Source: Cirrosporium novae-zelandiae (taxonomy: Eukaryota). From it: a stretch of 64,000 nt of DNA. Positions 1 to 11,591 of the stretch are shown piece after piece (within the stretch, counting starts at the first letter, position 1; every line of letters starts with the position of its first letter). Location of the stretch: NCBI GenBank assembly GCA_026023565.1, contig JAPETS010000015.1, forward strand, positions 248,001 to 312,000. The letters run 5' to 3'. A model generated the notes under the pieces. It had not been told where the DNA came from and did not search any database. It saw nothing but the letters and a program-made list of their open reading frames with translations. A program made the position numbers and the translations under genes.

Positions 1-1672
1 CGCGAATGAGCTGATACCTTCACATGTTGTTGATAGATATTTCTGATAATAATGATTGGCAGGTCAAGGCGGGAATAGTGGAAGCCAAATCAAAACAGGG
101 AGTCAACGTAAAAGCAATATCTCCTCGAAACTCTCAGGGAAAATTGACCAGAGGTAGCTCGCCACGTCAGTCCTGTGGAGGCAAACATTTTGCTGACCTT
201 GACATGATTGGAATCATAACAGCCATTGTTAAGACGTGGTGATCGTGACCAAAGCGCAATCTGAAGCTAATCCTCCACCCGAAGGTGCTAGAATAGGTCT
301 AAGGCTGGGTACCGGAAAGACAACCGTGCGTAGCATAGGCATGAACTACTTTGAATTTCTAGATAGCGGGGTGCACTGCTTAAAGTTGGGGTAACTTTGA
401 CGAAACAGAATCAATCTGAGGGCAACTCCGACCGGGAAGACAAGGATATTTACAAGTATAGCTGACACGGGTTGCCGTTTCCTGGACACTGCAGCAAGGA
501 CAGATAAGGTGATCAACAGTCCAAAGGTTGGGTCCGTCGGAGTAGCGGAATCCGTGGGAGGACGCAGGAAGAAGGCATAAGCTGTGAATCATCTGAGCCA
601 ATAGTTCCCAATGCAAAGGCCAGATGGCCGCGAAAAGTGAAATCCTCGAAGCACTATCCCGTATATCAACGACGAAAAAATGTCAATTCTATTGGCGAAT
701 TGAACACTATTAGCTGCTTTCAGAAGGAGAATATGTTGATCCATAGGGAGGCAAATCCAACTGCTGTCAGAAAGAAATTTTTCATTGCATTTCCGAGGAT
801 ATCTGCGTCTTCCAGTCCAGTCAAACTCCCCCATTCATCCTTGAGCTGCTACCTGCAGAAACGAATGATGGTAGTCTTTCTGGACATGCAAGATAATCAG
901 GTGAAATCGAGCCAAACATCGGGAGAAAATGATTCCACGTGATGGCAAGTGGTGTAGTACTTGCATGAGCCTAGAAGGCTTGGAGGGACGGGATGGAAGA
1001 AATTGAACGTTAAGGCGCATCCGTCGACAAAAGTGAGGCATTTGTTGAGTCCAATGACTGGCTTCATTGCAAGAATTGATAGTCCGAGCGTTCTTTGGTA
1101 GCATCACAGAGAGAAACGGCTTGATTCAAAGCAGCTGAAAGATCCTAGGTGATATGCAGATATCGAATGTGTTGTAACACCGTTGATGAAGTTCAACAAT
1201 ATTTTTCAAAGCTGGTTGGAGGATAACGAGTGGGGTATCGGATCCAACCTTGGAGAAGAGGGAGAGGAATGTTTCTCGGCATTGAAAGAGTTGTTTTCAT
1301 TATCATGTAATGAGAATTGGGTGTGTCAACCCTAGGGAGAAGGGAGTCGAGTCTGAAACATAAATAGCCTGCTCGAGAACCTCAGGGGAAGCATATCCAG
1401 TCCTCATCTGCCTCAAACCCAAAGACAAAACCTCATCAGCTTCAGTTAGCAAACTTGGATTCACATCAATTGGATCAGCAGCCTTCCGAAGTAAGATATC
1501 CAACCCGACATGCTTCATGCCTGTTGCAGCCTCTAACATCTGATATCGTAGTCTGCGCTCATCAGCAACCCAACCTTATCCAAACCTCATCTGAAACAAC
1601 ACCAACTACACCAACCCTCAGTAAGTTTAATCATTATCCAAAAGTAGATGGGGACTAATAGGGTGCAAAGAA

Positions 1673-2008
1673 ATGTGTTTCTATGACCAACATCGATTTG
1701 CTTGCGGCGACTGGAAATGGGGACATTTCAAACAGCACTGCAACCGAGAATACAGAACAGGCGAAACATGCGGCATGAAGCTAGTGATGCAGACTTACCC
1801 GGTCGCACAGAAATGCAAGATCTGCGAGAAGCTTGACATCAAGCAGCGCAAGAAGAATCAAGAATTGGATAGGATCAACCGGTGGCAGCGGGAACCCCAC
1901 AAGTTCCGTGCCTCAATTGAAAAGGCATGGAATACAATTGCTGAATTGGAAAATGAAATCGCCAACTTGAACTATGAACGGCAAAAGCGACTCCAACAGA
2001 CCAAGTAA
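1673..2008 (+). CDS. Small conserved fungal Cys/His-rich protein with a C-terminal coiled coil, function unknown
   Basis: Single-exon 111-aa ORF, MCFYDQHRFACGDWKWGHFKQHC...CG...CKIC followed by a heptad-like helix; resembles a widespread Pezizomycotina hypothetical family. Confidence 0.8.
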   Translation: MCFYDQHRFACGDWKWGHFKQHCNREYRTGETCGMKLVMQTYPVAQKCKICEKLDIKQRKKNQELDRINRWQREPHKFRASIEKAWNTIAELENEIANLNYERQKRLQQTK

Positions 2009-2938
2009 ATCAAAGCAAGGATTGATGGATCAGGGGAATTCCAGGCAGAGTTTTGGTTTTGTTCGATGTTGAGGACAATCTTGGGCAAGTTTCGGTCTAT
2101 CCGGCACTTTGGCACTTTGGCACGAATTTGTCGTTGATTTTCAGCGCTTTCAATGTTTAAATGATAGGATTTTCTTGGGCATGTTTGCAGAGGAATTGGG
2201 CTGTTTGGAGGCATGGCGTTCAATTGGTTGATGAATGATGACAGCTTCTCCGAACCTTTCGTTTTCTTGGAAACCTTTGAGGCTCTGTTTAGGCCAAGTA
2301 CTTGAATTCAGACCAATCTTCTAAACGATTTGCTCGCAAAATGGATAAGCGCTCACTCTTAACACTGAAACTGCCCTTTGGTAGGTCGAACGTCTAGATA
2401 TATTATTAGCAGCGGTCAACTTCTCGGTCGCTAAGCTCAAGTCTCCTTATCCATCAGCATATCCCCTCTGTTCTCTCGTCCGCGTTAGGGAAACTTAAAA
2501 GTCGATGAGAGTGAGATACGAGATACATCTTGGGAAAATCCTGGGAATTGAAGACGAAGTTTCATCCTTGAACGTTGTTCAACATGTGGTAAAGAGGAGT
2601 TGTGATTGATCTGCTCTGGTTTGGAAACTTTGACGTGGCTTGTTTGGCGGGGTCTGTGACTAGAAATGCACCCGGGATGAGTCATCAATAAATCACGTGC
2701 GTCAAGTACCCTACCCTACTTTCTATATTCTATACCTAGCTAGGTCATTTACTTACTTCTAACTACGAGATAATTCATGTTGGATATGGAACATAGGGAC
2801 CTAAACTTTTGAACCATTTTCCATTGTTCTATACATATCTGCAGGGAGCTACCACTTGCAGACCGAAACGCCTTGCCAGGCATGTAATTGAGCACCGGTC
2901 AAGAGAACAATACCTACTTCCTAGTTGTAATTCATAAT

Positions 2939-3859
2939 TCATCCACTCTCAGGTTCTTCGGCCTTTGCAAGGCCATGCTCCTTGAGTAGCGTTGTAATTT
3001 CATCTGCACCCCAAAGGTGATGGTACACCTTACCCTCCTTCGTCTTGCCAACAGTGGCGAATTCAACTAGAATGATGGGATCAGTTGGGTTCGAAGAAAA
3101 TATAGATATAGTACTTACTTTTCTCGCTACTAAGCTTCGTAGAATCCATAGTCTTGCTAAGGACCTTCACGGCCATGCCACAGGCTTCCTTCAGATCACA
3201 ATCCTCCTTGTAATCTTGCTTGAGCAGACTCTGTGCACTCGCATTATTCGCTCCAACGCTTGTAGCCTTCCAGCCACCATAGTTTCCACTAGGGTTACTT
3301 TGATACAGTTGGAATTCTCGAAGGCTATCATAGCCAGCATAAATGAAAGAGACACCAAAAGGTCGAAGGCCACCGTGCTGAGTATAACCTTGCTTGAGAT
3401 CACATAGCCTCCTCACAAGCTGTTCGCATGGAATGTCTTCTCCGTACGTTAGCAGATATCGCTGGGCGGCTTGACGGGCATAATTGATCAGGATGTTGGC
3501 GTCAGCATTCATGCCCGCAACGGCGCAGATCATGTTACTATTTCCAGTTGGATTAGCTATCCAACAGGCATACCATGTTCTAGGAGAATGTTCCCTACTC
3601 ATTGATGATGTAGAGCTTCTCTGCAGATGTGTCTTGCTCTAACAGTTTGCTTGTGACCTTTCGCTCCGCAGCCAAAACGATACCATCCTTTGCTAATATT
3701 CCTATAGCAGTGCCGGCATGCGATATTGCCTCTAATGCATATTCAACCTGGTATAGCCGACCCTCGGGGGAGAAGATAGTGGTCTAGCACTTTAGTAAGG
3801 CTAGTATTTCTGGGTATTATTTTAGTTAAGCTTACCCTAGAATCATACCTCCTCGACAT
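2939..3859 (-). CDS. PRE9: 20S proteasome subunit alpha-3 (3 introns)
   Basis: Spliced translation [33 protein letters not shown]...[12 protein letters not shown]...[20 protein letters not shown]...IEFATVGK...EEPESG*; ATG at 3859, TGA at 2939-2941. Confidence 0.96.
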
Positions 3860-4220
3860 TTTGAGATATGTTGACTTTTGTCAAATGCGTAATCTAGGAC
3901 AAGAGGACTTGAGTGTTGGCTTCAAGGGTTTGAAGCGAAGGGTATGTTTGTAAAATGGACGTTGTAGCTATTTGTCGGGTCTAGCTCTGAGCTTCCGCCC
4001 AGGCAATCAACGACGCGAAGCTAATTAGGCAAATCCACGAGATCACGCTAAGTCCGATTTCATTTTCATTGTCTCTGTCCAATCTTTTTTGGACCAAGCT
4101 TCCCCACAACTATTATTAAATCTCTCCAAGCTTTCTTTCCTTAAATAATGCGTTGGTATTCGGGAGCATTTGAGTTACAATTCTTTTGAGAAATTTCAAT
4201 TTAATTGATGCTTCTGGACC

Positions 4221-5981
4221 ATGTTGAGATCTACTCACAGGCCTGCACCTGCCCCGCCGCCTTTACCACCAGGGTGGACCGAACACAAAGCTCCAACAGG
4301 TTTTCTTATACTTTCTAACAATATTATAGAGACCAGTACGCTAATTCGACATTCAGGTCATTCATATTATTATAATGCTACCACAAAACAATCTACGTAT
4401 ACTAGACCGGCTCCATTACCCCCGCAGCCTGCCCCGGCAACGAATCCCTATCCAGGCTCCTCATTTATTCCTCCGAATCCCAATTTCAACATAGGTCCTC
4501 AGGGCCAAATCAACCCTTCCGATTTTCAAAGCTTTACATCTTCGCGCGGCCGGGGAGACTTTCGTGGTGGACGAAGCTACCAAGATCGACGGAAACGAGA
4601 ACCAGAAGACCGCCCTAAGAGTAAACATCCAATTCCAAACTGCGAACCCTGGCTTTTAGTCAAAACAAAACTAGGACGACGTTTTGTTCACAACCCAGAG
4701 ACAAACGAGAGCTTTTGGAAGTTCCCTCAAGATGTATTGAAGGGTGTCGTTGAATATGATAGGATCGAGCGGGAGAGAAAAGAGAGACGAGAAAAGGGGG
4801 AGGATAGCGAGCCTGAGTTTGATGAGGCTGCTGCGGTGGCGGAACTTAATGCCAAAGAAGAAGGAGAGAAGTCGACTATGCCATTTAGACAATCACAACC
4901 TTTGGGGGATAGTGATGAATACGAGGAAGTTGAGGTCACAGATGATGAAGAGGAAGACACTAATCCAACAAAGCGACAGAGGACCGAAGAACCTCTCGAT
5001 AACCAGCCTGTGGAATTCAATGAAGACGATATAGCCTATCAACTAGCCGCTATGGGTCAAGACTATGGACTGGACCCTGGTGAATACGATACTGGTGAAT
5101 ATCAAGACTTGGAGGAAGGCGCAGAAGGTCTTCCGTTGACAGATGAAGATTCACATGCCCTTTTCAAAGATTTACTGGATGATTTTAATTTCAGTCCTTA
5201 TTCAACCTGGGAGCACATAGTTGAGGATGGCCGAATAATTGAAGATGATCGATACACCATTCTCTCCACCATGAAAGAGCGGAAGCATGTTTTCTCCGAA
5301 TGGTGTCGTGAGAGGGTTCGGATTCTTAAAGAACAGCGTGAAAAAGAAGCCAAGAAAGATCCTCGAATACCGTACCTCGCTTTCTTACAAGATCACGCGA
5401 CTCCAAAATTGTACTGGCCGGAATTTCGACGAAAGTTCAAGAAAGACCAGATGATGCGGGACTCACACCTTGGTGACAAAGACCGTGAGAAACTATATAG
5501 GGACCATATCAGTAGACTAAAAATGCCGGAAAGTACTCGAAAGTCTGATCTTTCCACGCTCCTAAAATCAGTACCTTTGAAGGAGCTCAACAGTTCCACG
5601 TCACTACACTCGCTTCCTTCAAGCATCTTATCTGATCTCCGTTATATTTCGCTCCCATCAAAAACCCGCGATCAACTCATTGAGACGTACATCTCCACAC
5701 TTACTCCAGCGCCAGAAAATTCCAGCATCATGTCTCCCGAAGACGAGGAAGCGGCAGCAAAGAAAAAATCGGAGAGAGAAAAAAGAGAGAAGGCGTTGCG
5801 GGAACGGGAGAGGAGGGTGCAAGAGGATAAGCGCAAGCATCTAGAGATGCTAAGAGATAGTAAGAGGGAGTTGAGGCAAGGTGAGAGAGAGATTGAAGAA
5901 GCAATGAGAGTTAACAGGGGCGGGCTGAAAGCGTACATGGAGGTTGACGAGTCTAGTGAAGCCGCTTCCAAGGGCGTGTAG
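4221..5981 (+). CDS. WW + FF domain pre-mRNA splicing/transcription factor (TCERG1/Dre4/Urn1-like)
   Basis: WW domains LPPGWTEHKAPTG|HSYYYN..STYTRP and W-L-V-K-T-K-L-G-R-R-F-V-H-N..SFW; FF-like repeats (FKDLL..PYSTWE..DDRY..RK.VFSEW); 57-nt intron 4300-4356. Confidence 0.85.
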   Translation: MLRSTHRPAPAPPPLPPGWTEHKAPTGFLILSNNIIETSTLIRHSGHSYYYNATTKQSTYTRPAPLPPQPAPATNPYPGSSFIPPNPNFNIGPQGQINPSDFQSFTSSRGRGDFRGGRSYQDRRKREPEDRPKSKHPIPNCEPWLLVKTKLGRRFVHNPETNESFWKFPQDVLKGVVEYDRIERERKERREKGEDSEPEFDEAAAVAELNAKEEGEKSTMPFRQSQPLGDSDEYEEVEVTDDEEEDTNPTKRQRTEEPLDNQPVEFNEDDIAYQLAAMGQDYGLDPGEYDTGEYQDLEEGAEGLPLTDEDSHALFKDLLDDFNFSPYSTWEHIVEDGRIIEDDRYTILSTMKERKHVFSEWCRERVRILKEQREKEAKKDPRIPYLAFLQDHATPKLYWPEFRRKFKKDQMMRDSHLGDKDREKLYRDHISRLKMPESTRKSDLSTLLKSVPLKELNSSTSLHSLPSSILSDLRYISLPSKTRDQLIETYISTLTPAPENSSIMSPEDEEAAAKKKSEREKREKALRERERRVQEDKRKHLEMLRDSKRELRQGEREIEEAMRVNRGGLKAYMEVDESSEAASKGV

Positions 5982-6492
5982 TGAGATTCGTTCAATTTAG
6001 CCATACTAGCTATTAGTTGAGAGAGTCTAGTTGAGAGAAGCTACGTAATTCCGTGCGACGTGTGGTAAATAAAATGATATCATGGTACTTTTGAAATAGA
6101 TACCTAGGTATACAGGAATAATATAAGACCAGGGTAGTGCAAGGATATAATGGTCTGTTTGGTAAGCTTAAAACAGTGGAACTAAAACTTGATCCACACA
6201 ATCCTTATCCAAACACAGAAACATTGCTTTTTCTATAAAAATACTATTCTTGGGCTAAAGCTCTTGCCACTGATCTAAGACTAGGCTTGGAGGATTTTTC
6301 AACCTAGTACAGGCTGTCAGCCATTGTTCTATTTAGTGGCTTGAAAGATGGGAGTTACTCCAGCCTTTGACAAACATCAGCGGCAATTGCTATATTACAA
6401 TGCGTAGGCGAGGGCATCCTTTTGAATTCCTTTATCTTAATTCCTTCTAGTTTCCCAGATTCTCCTCATCCTAAGTATTGCTTTACAACAAA

Positions 6493-8529
6493 ATGAATTC
6501 TTCTGCAGAAACTGGGTTACTCTTTCGGATTCCTATCACTCTCCCTGCCCTTTGTGGCATCCTCTCTCATATATTTCTTTGGAACCGAGGCGAATGGGAT
6601 GGCATATTCTGGGCAATTGCACTTGCTGTCATTGTAATGCACCATCTTATTATTCTCGCACAGTCCTGGTTTGGCCACGGCATACTTGACTCCAACCTCC
6701 GTCTGCTTCTCCTCGAAGCGTTCTATACTGCAAGCGTGCTTGGCAGCACTGTTATTTACAGAATTTTCTTTCACCCTCTTCGCAAGTTCGCCGGTCCAGT
6801 CTGGGCTAAAATCTGGGTATGGTATAGAGTGAAAGCTACACTTGCTTCAGGACATCGGCACGCAATGGTACTGCACGAATTACATGGAAAATATGGTGAT
6901 ATCGTGAGAGTTGGTATGACTTCTACATACATACATACATACTCCCTGGTTACAAATGGTTTTATGAAACAAATCAAGACAAGTTTACTAACAGAAGGTA
7001 GCTCCGGACCAGCTTTCTATCAATCTAACTTTGTACGTTGCGGGGGGATATCCCCACCAGCTTCATCAGAGCCCTAAGATATACTGAACGCGCCACAGAG
7101 CAATCCCTCTTGTTCATGGGTCCTCGTCAAGTTTAATAAAATCCGTGTGCTATGAAAATCCAATGGAGACATGCATTAACTGGGAGCGTGATCCTACATT
7201 GCATCGCTTACGTAGAGCGAGCTGGGAAAGTGGGCTTAATCATAAAGGTTCTACGAATCATGGACTTTTTACCAGGAATGTGTCACTTATGATTAAATTT
7301 AGCCTGTGCTACCTATTTTCCGCGGATTCTCTCTCTCACAAACCTTTTACTATTTCGTCTTGAGGAGTTGAATGGCGAGCCCACTCCAGCTAATAGATGG
7401 TGCCATTTCTACACTTTTGATGTGATGGGTGAGCTCGGCTTCGGACAAAGTTATAATCAGCTTGAGAAATGTGAAATGCATCCCACTATTCGCATCATCA
7501 TGAAGTATATGTGTGTAGGCGTCTATGCCCTGATGGTTCCTTGGCTGCATTGTATCATCAGCAGACTTCCTGCGCCTGGGATTGAAAAACCAGACTGGGA
7601 TTTCAGAGCATTTGCTGAAGAGGCTTTGGAAAGAAGAAAAAAGGTTAGTGCCTCATTTCTAGCAAATCTATAAAGCAGGAATCTATTCATAAGATCTCCT
7701 ACCGGTCTCTAGGCAATCCTAAAACTATACCGGTCGAAATGATCTATTACAAATACTAGTTATAGCTCCTTTCTGAAAATTATACTCACTAACCAAAAAA
7801 ATTCAGAGTATCCCCAGTACGCCCGATATAATAACTCATGTTCTTTCTTCAACCATTAAGCCTAGGTTGACTCCGAATCAATTGATATCTGATAGCCTCA
7901 TCCTTCAAGTCGGCGGCTCTGACACAACTACCTCTGCCTTTGTTCATATCCTCTACCACCTAGCTCGTTCTCATTCTATCCAATCGAAACTTTTCGTTGA
8001 AATCTCTAATATTGTCACATCTCGTGGGCAGATTACGTGGCGCGCAATATCTCGCCTTCCTTACCTTGAGGCGGTTATAAACGAGACGTTGCGCTTACAT
8101 CCTCCAGCGCCTAGTGGAATGCCTCGTCAGGTACCCACGCATGAGGTGTTGGTGGTTAATGGTATTACTATCCCTGGTGGCACCAATATCTCCACACCTA
8201 CTTATAGCCTCCATCACTCGCCGCTCTCCTTTACTTATCCCGAAGACTTTATCCCTGAGCGCTGGACCACAGAATCACAGCTTATCACGGATAAAAGTGC
8301 CTTCTGTCCATTTGGAATGGGACCTTATGGATGTCCCGGTAAGTATTTGGCGATGATGGAAATGAAGTGTTTTGTGGTAGGGGTAGTAGGCAGGTTTGAG
8401 GTGAAATTTCCTAAGGGGGTAGATTTAGAAGAGGTGGATAGGAGAATAGATCGAGAGTGGAAGGACTTTAATACTACGCAAGCTGCAGAGGTAGAACTTG
8501 TATTTATGGCAAGAGGAAATGAGAGATAA
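6493..8529 (+). CDS. Cytochrome P450 monooxygenase (4 introns, frame intact when spliced)
   Basis: N-terminal TM segments, FFHPLRKFAGP, I-helix GGSDTT, K-helix ETLR, PERW and heme motif FGMGPYGCPG; exons join in frame. Confidence 0.92.
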
Positions 8530-8572
8530 ATAGATTTGTTACTTCATAGAGAATATGAAGTAATTTAATTAT

Positions 8573-8699
8573 TATCTTTCCTGAGGCCTTTAAACAAAAT
8601 CAATTCTTATATATTCTAGGGCTTTAGGGAGGCCTTCAAATTGAATTGTTATTGAAGTTAAACATAGGTTTTGTTCAAAGGCCTCCACAGGAAAAATAA
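8573..8699. repeat. Imperfect inverted repeat (foldback/MITE-like relic)
   Basis: GAGGCCTTTAAACAAAA (8583-8599) versus TTTTGTTCAAAGGCCTC (8669-8685), 16/17 complementary, extended by TTTCCTG/CAGGAAA. Confidence 0.6.
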
Positions 8700-8987
8700 A
8701 TAGCATCCCACCCTCATCAAACCTTTATTCAAAAATATTTTATTCCTTGGTCTGATTGCTTTGGGCATGTTATAATTCTTCCCAGGCAGAGAATCCTACC
8801 TAAAGTAATCCTGCAAGACTAAATGTCCTAAGTGGGGTAGTCTATTCCTTGCAAGGGTTGCTGTTGCCTTGATTGACCATCTTGAGGCAAAATAAAGATA
8901 TAACCAACCCACCCCATCATGAAGAAAATAATGTTCTAAGAAATATCTCTCCCAAATTATTCTATTTATGTTTTCTCGTCTAAAATA

Positions 8988-10544
8988 ATGTCTATGTCAC
9001 TTACATCGTTTCCGGTCGAATTAATTGACCAAATTGTTGATGGTGTTGATAATCCCGAAAGGCTTGGAACCCTGAACAATTTTGCGCTCTGCTCTCATAC
9101 ATTCAATAGTTTTGTCACCCCTCATTTGTATTCCCATATCTCCCTCCCCTATACCAAGGGCCAGGAGTCCTATGATGATCTCCAGACGAATTTCAAACAC
9201 CTGAGACCTTTTACAAAGCTTATGCTTGAGAACCCCTACCTTGCTTCTTTGGTCCACAGCTTTACCTTACGACCTTACTTTTATACGCCCGAATATGATA
9301 TGTACGGGGAGGAAGACGAAGAAAAATCCCGTCGTGAAACCTCCGAGAATGAAGATTCCCCTCGTGTTGTAGTAGAGGACGTCTTCCGATCGGCAATCAA
9401 AGCTTCAGCACATTCGGAGAGAGAAGAGGCGGCATGGCTTCGTGCACTTGAAGACGGCTACAATGATGACGCTGTTCTAGCTTTGCTTCTCCCTGCTTTG
9501 CCCAACCTTCGGCGTTTAGATCTGATGCTCTCATTCCCATCAAAGTATTATTGGCGTATGCTTGAGCGGGCCGCCAAGAACGAAAAACCTTTCGATACTA
9601 ACCCCGCTTTCCCTGCCCTCACAGATATCATGAATACGGACTGGGACACTAAACACGGTATGAGTTGTGATGCGCTTGCGCGTTATCTTGCCCTACCCGC
9701 AGTCAAAAGTATATATGCCCACCTAGTCGGCGATTCAGGAGGCTCCGAGCTTGCAACTCTTCCAAGTGCCTCTAGTCGCGTCACGCACTTGGAACTGAGA
9801 GAAGCCGATGTCCCAGGTCCGTATGTCAAAGATATGCTCCGTGCAATTGCTACTCTTAAGACGTTCATCTACGAGAAAGGCTGGGGTCACTTTAGTTACG
9901 AACCCTGGACAATTCCAGACATCGAGACGGCGCTTGTCCCACACCGAAGCAGCCTGGAGAATCTCTGGCTTGACTGGGCCGATGATGATGGCTCTGGGAG
10001 GACGTACTGGGCAGCTATGGCCGAAGACTTATCACCCATCTCCCTGAATCATTTCAAGATCCTGAAGCACGTCAGAATTGCAATGACTTTTATATTCGAT
10101 TTAACCCCGGAAATGAATAGTGTAAATGAGGGTACTAATGAAACGGAAAAGGATTTCCAAAAGGAGGAAACCACCGCACTAATACAGCGCCTACCGCCCA
10201 CAATCGAAAAGCTCCACATTGCACACACTAACCAACATGTACGGCTCCTACTTTCCTCTCTCCGTCTCCTATTATCTCAAAGGGAGCAGCATACCCCTCG
10301 TCTTCGAGAACTTAGCTTCGATGCGGCGTTTCATGGAGACAGGTATCATTTTGGACACGATGTGGATGAAGTGGAAGGGCTGGCTGAGGAGAAAGGGGTA
10401 ATTTTGGAGATGTTTGATACGACGGAAGTGGTTGGAAAACTTGGATTGGGCATGGATGGAGACATCCCAATGGAGCTCGAGAGGGGTTACGGAACGTTGG
10501 CCTTTCAAAAAATAGAACCGAAGAGAAAAGATAACCGAGACTAG
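8988..10544 (+). CDS. F-box-like / leucine-rich-repeat-like protein
   Basis: Intronless 518-aa ORF; N-terminal SLTSFPVELIDQIV..L..FALCS..F...TPHLY (F-box-like), then repeated LPNLRRLDL, VTHLELR, LENLWL, LKHVRI and IEKLHI strands. Confidence 0.75.
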   Translation: MSMSLTSFPVELIDQIVDGVDNPERLGTLNNFALCSHTFNSFVTPHLYSHISLPYTKGQESYDDLQTNFKHLRPFTKLMLENPYLASLVHSFTLRPYFYTPEYDMYGEEDEEKSRRETSENEDSPRVVVEDVFRSAIKASAHSEREEAAWLRALEDGYNDDAVLALLLPALPNLRRLDLMLSFPSKYYWRMLERAAKNEKPFDTNPAFPALTDIMNTDWDTKHGMSCDALARYLALPAVKSIYAHLVGDSGGSELATLPSASSRVTHLELREADVPGPYVKDMLRAIATLKTFIYEKGWGHFSYEPWTIPDIETALVPHRSSLENLWLDWADDDGSGRTYWAAMAEDLSPISLNHFKILKHVRIAMTFIFDLTPEMNSVNEGTNETEKDFQKEETTALIQRLPPTIEKLHIAHTNQHVRLLLSSLRLLLSQREQHTPRLRELSFDAAFHGDRYHFGHDVDEVEGLAEEKGVILEMFDTTEVVGKLGLGMDGDIPMELERGYGTLAFQKIEPKRKDNRD

Positions 10545-11079
10545 AAAGTGATATGAAATTCACGATATATATATTCCTACAAGAAGGCCCCAATTATTAC
10601 GCTCCAATTATTACATTTCAAGCTGTATATACAAATAGATCTTACTACAATGAAGAGAGATTGATCCTCCAAACATATTAGCGGGTGATGCAAAGTTACA
10701 AAATTCCAAGTCTGAGGCATCGAGTTTCTTGCAGGTTTCTAATACAATTGGTTTCACTTACTTTCAATTATATTCAAACTGAGTGTCAATACCAAATAAA
10801 CACTTATTAATTATTAGCCAGCCATCCTGTGTGTGTGATACAGTCATACACCACTCAAGAACATAGACACGGTGAAGGGGTTCGGAGGATGTTTGTTGTT
10901 GGTTTCTAGGCGCATTTCTTCCTAGGCCCCTTTTGGGGCTACCGTGGGCCGCACCAGAACATCCAAAGGGCACCCAAAGACATCGGTTTGGCAAAAACAA
11001 TCAATATACATCCCTAGGACTTCCTAACCACCAAAAAATTATGCCTATGAACTCCTAGGGAGTCCAGGGGCGACTATCC

Positions 11080-11165
11080 TGCCTCCACGCGGATTCGAAC
11101 CGCGGCTCTTAGCATTATCACGTGATATGTACAAGTGCTACGCGTTACCCCTGCGCCATAGAGGC
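11080..11165 (-). tRNA. tRNA-Thr(TGT) with 14-nt intron (11116-11129)
   Basis: Minus strand GCCTCTA-TG-GCGCAGGGGTAACGCG-TAGCA-CT-TGT-A-[intron]-A-TGCTA-AGAGC-CGCGG-TTCGAAT-CCGCG-TGGAGGC-A; full cloverleaf, T6 run about 45 nt downstream. Confidence 0.95.
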
Positions 11166-11452
11166 TGGTTTGTTGAAAGTCTTGAAGGTTTAGTGACTAA
11201 TAATGTGGAATTCTCTTAGTGGTGTGAGCATTCGGTTACGGGCGGGTTTGTGCGGGTAACAAAGGCTACCTGTGGTTCTGCATCGTCCACTAGTATAAAC
11301 AAAAGATAAAGGAACCTATAACTATAGAAAACAAGGAAGATATTCGCTGTTAAAGGTATTATTATAATATCGAAATCTTTGTTTACAATATTGCGGTTTC
11401 GCTGCCACATGTCTAACCAGCATTATTTTTTAAGGTTAACTTATCCATTCAT

Positions 11453-11591
11453 CGAAATAATCCATTAGTACAAACTCAATCTAAAGTTTGCTTAACCATA
11501 TAAGGCAGCCACCATACTAAATATCGCCTAGTGATTACTTGAAATAGTTAAATTCCATGTGGAACCAATTTTTGTACTATGGATTATTTCG
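11453..11591. repeat. Inverted repeat (foldback/MITE-like relic)
   Basis: CGAAATAATCCATTAGTACAAA (11453-11474) versus TTTGTACTATGGATTATTTCG (11571-11591): complementary except for one indel. Confidence 0.65.

Noticed and set aside
24..1660. Several short ORFs on both strands upstream of the 1673 gene
   Set aside because: No recognisable motifs or consistent splice model; treated as promoter or UTR
6493..8529. P450 appears fragmented in the ORF track (possible pseudogene)
   Set aside because: Four introns join all pieces in frame and the catalytic motifs are intact
6493..10544. P450 + F-box-like gene as a secondary-metabolite cluster
   Set aside because: No PKS, NRPS, terpene synthase, transporter or other tailoring genes nearby
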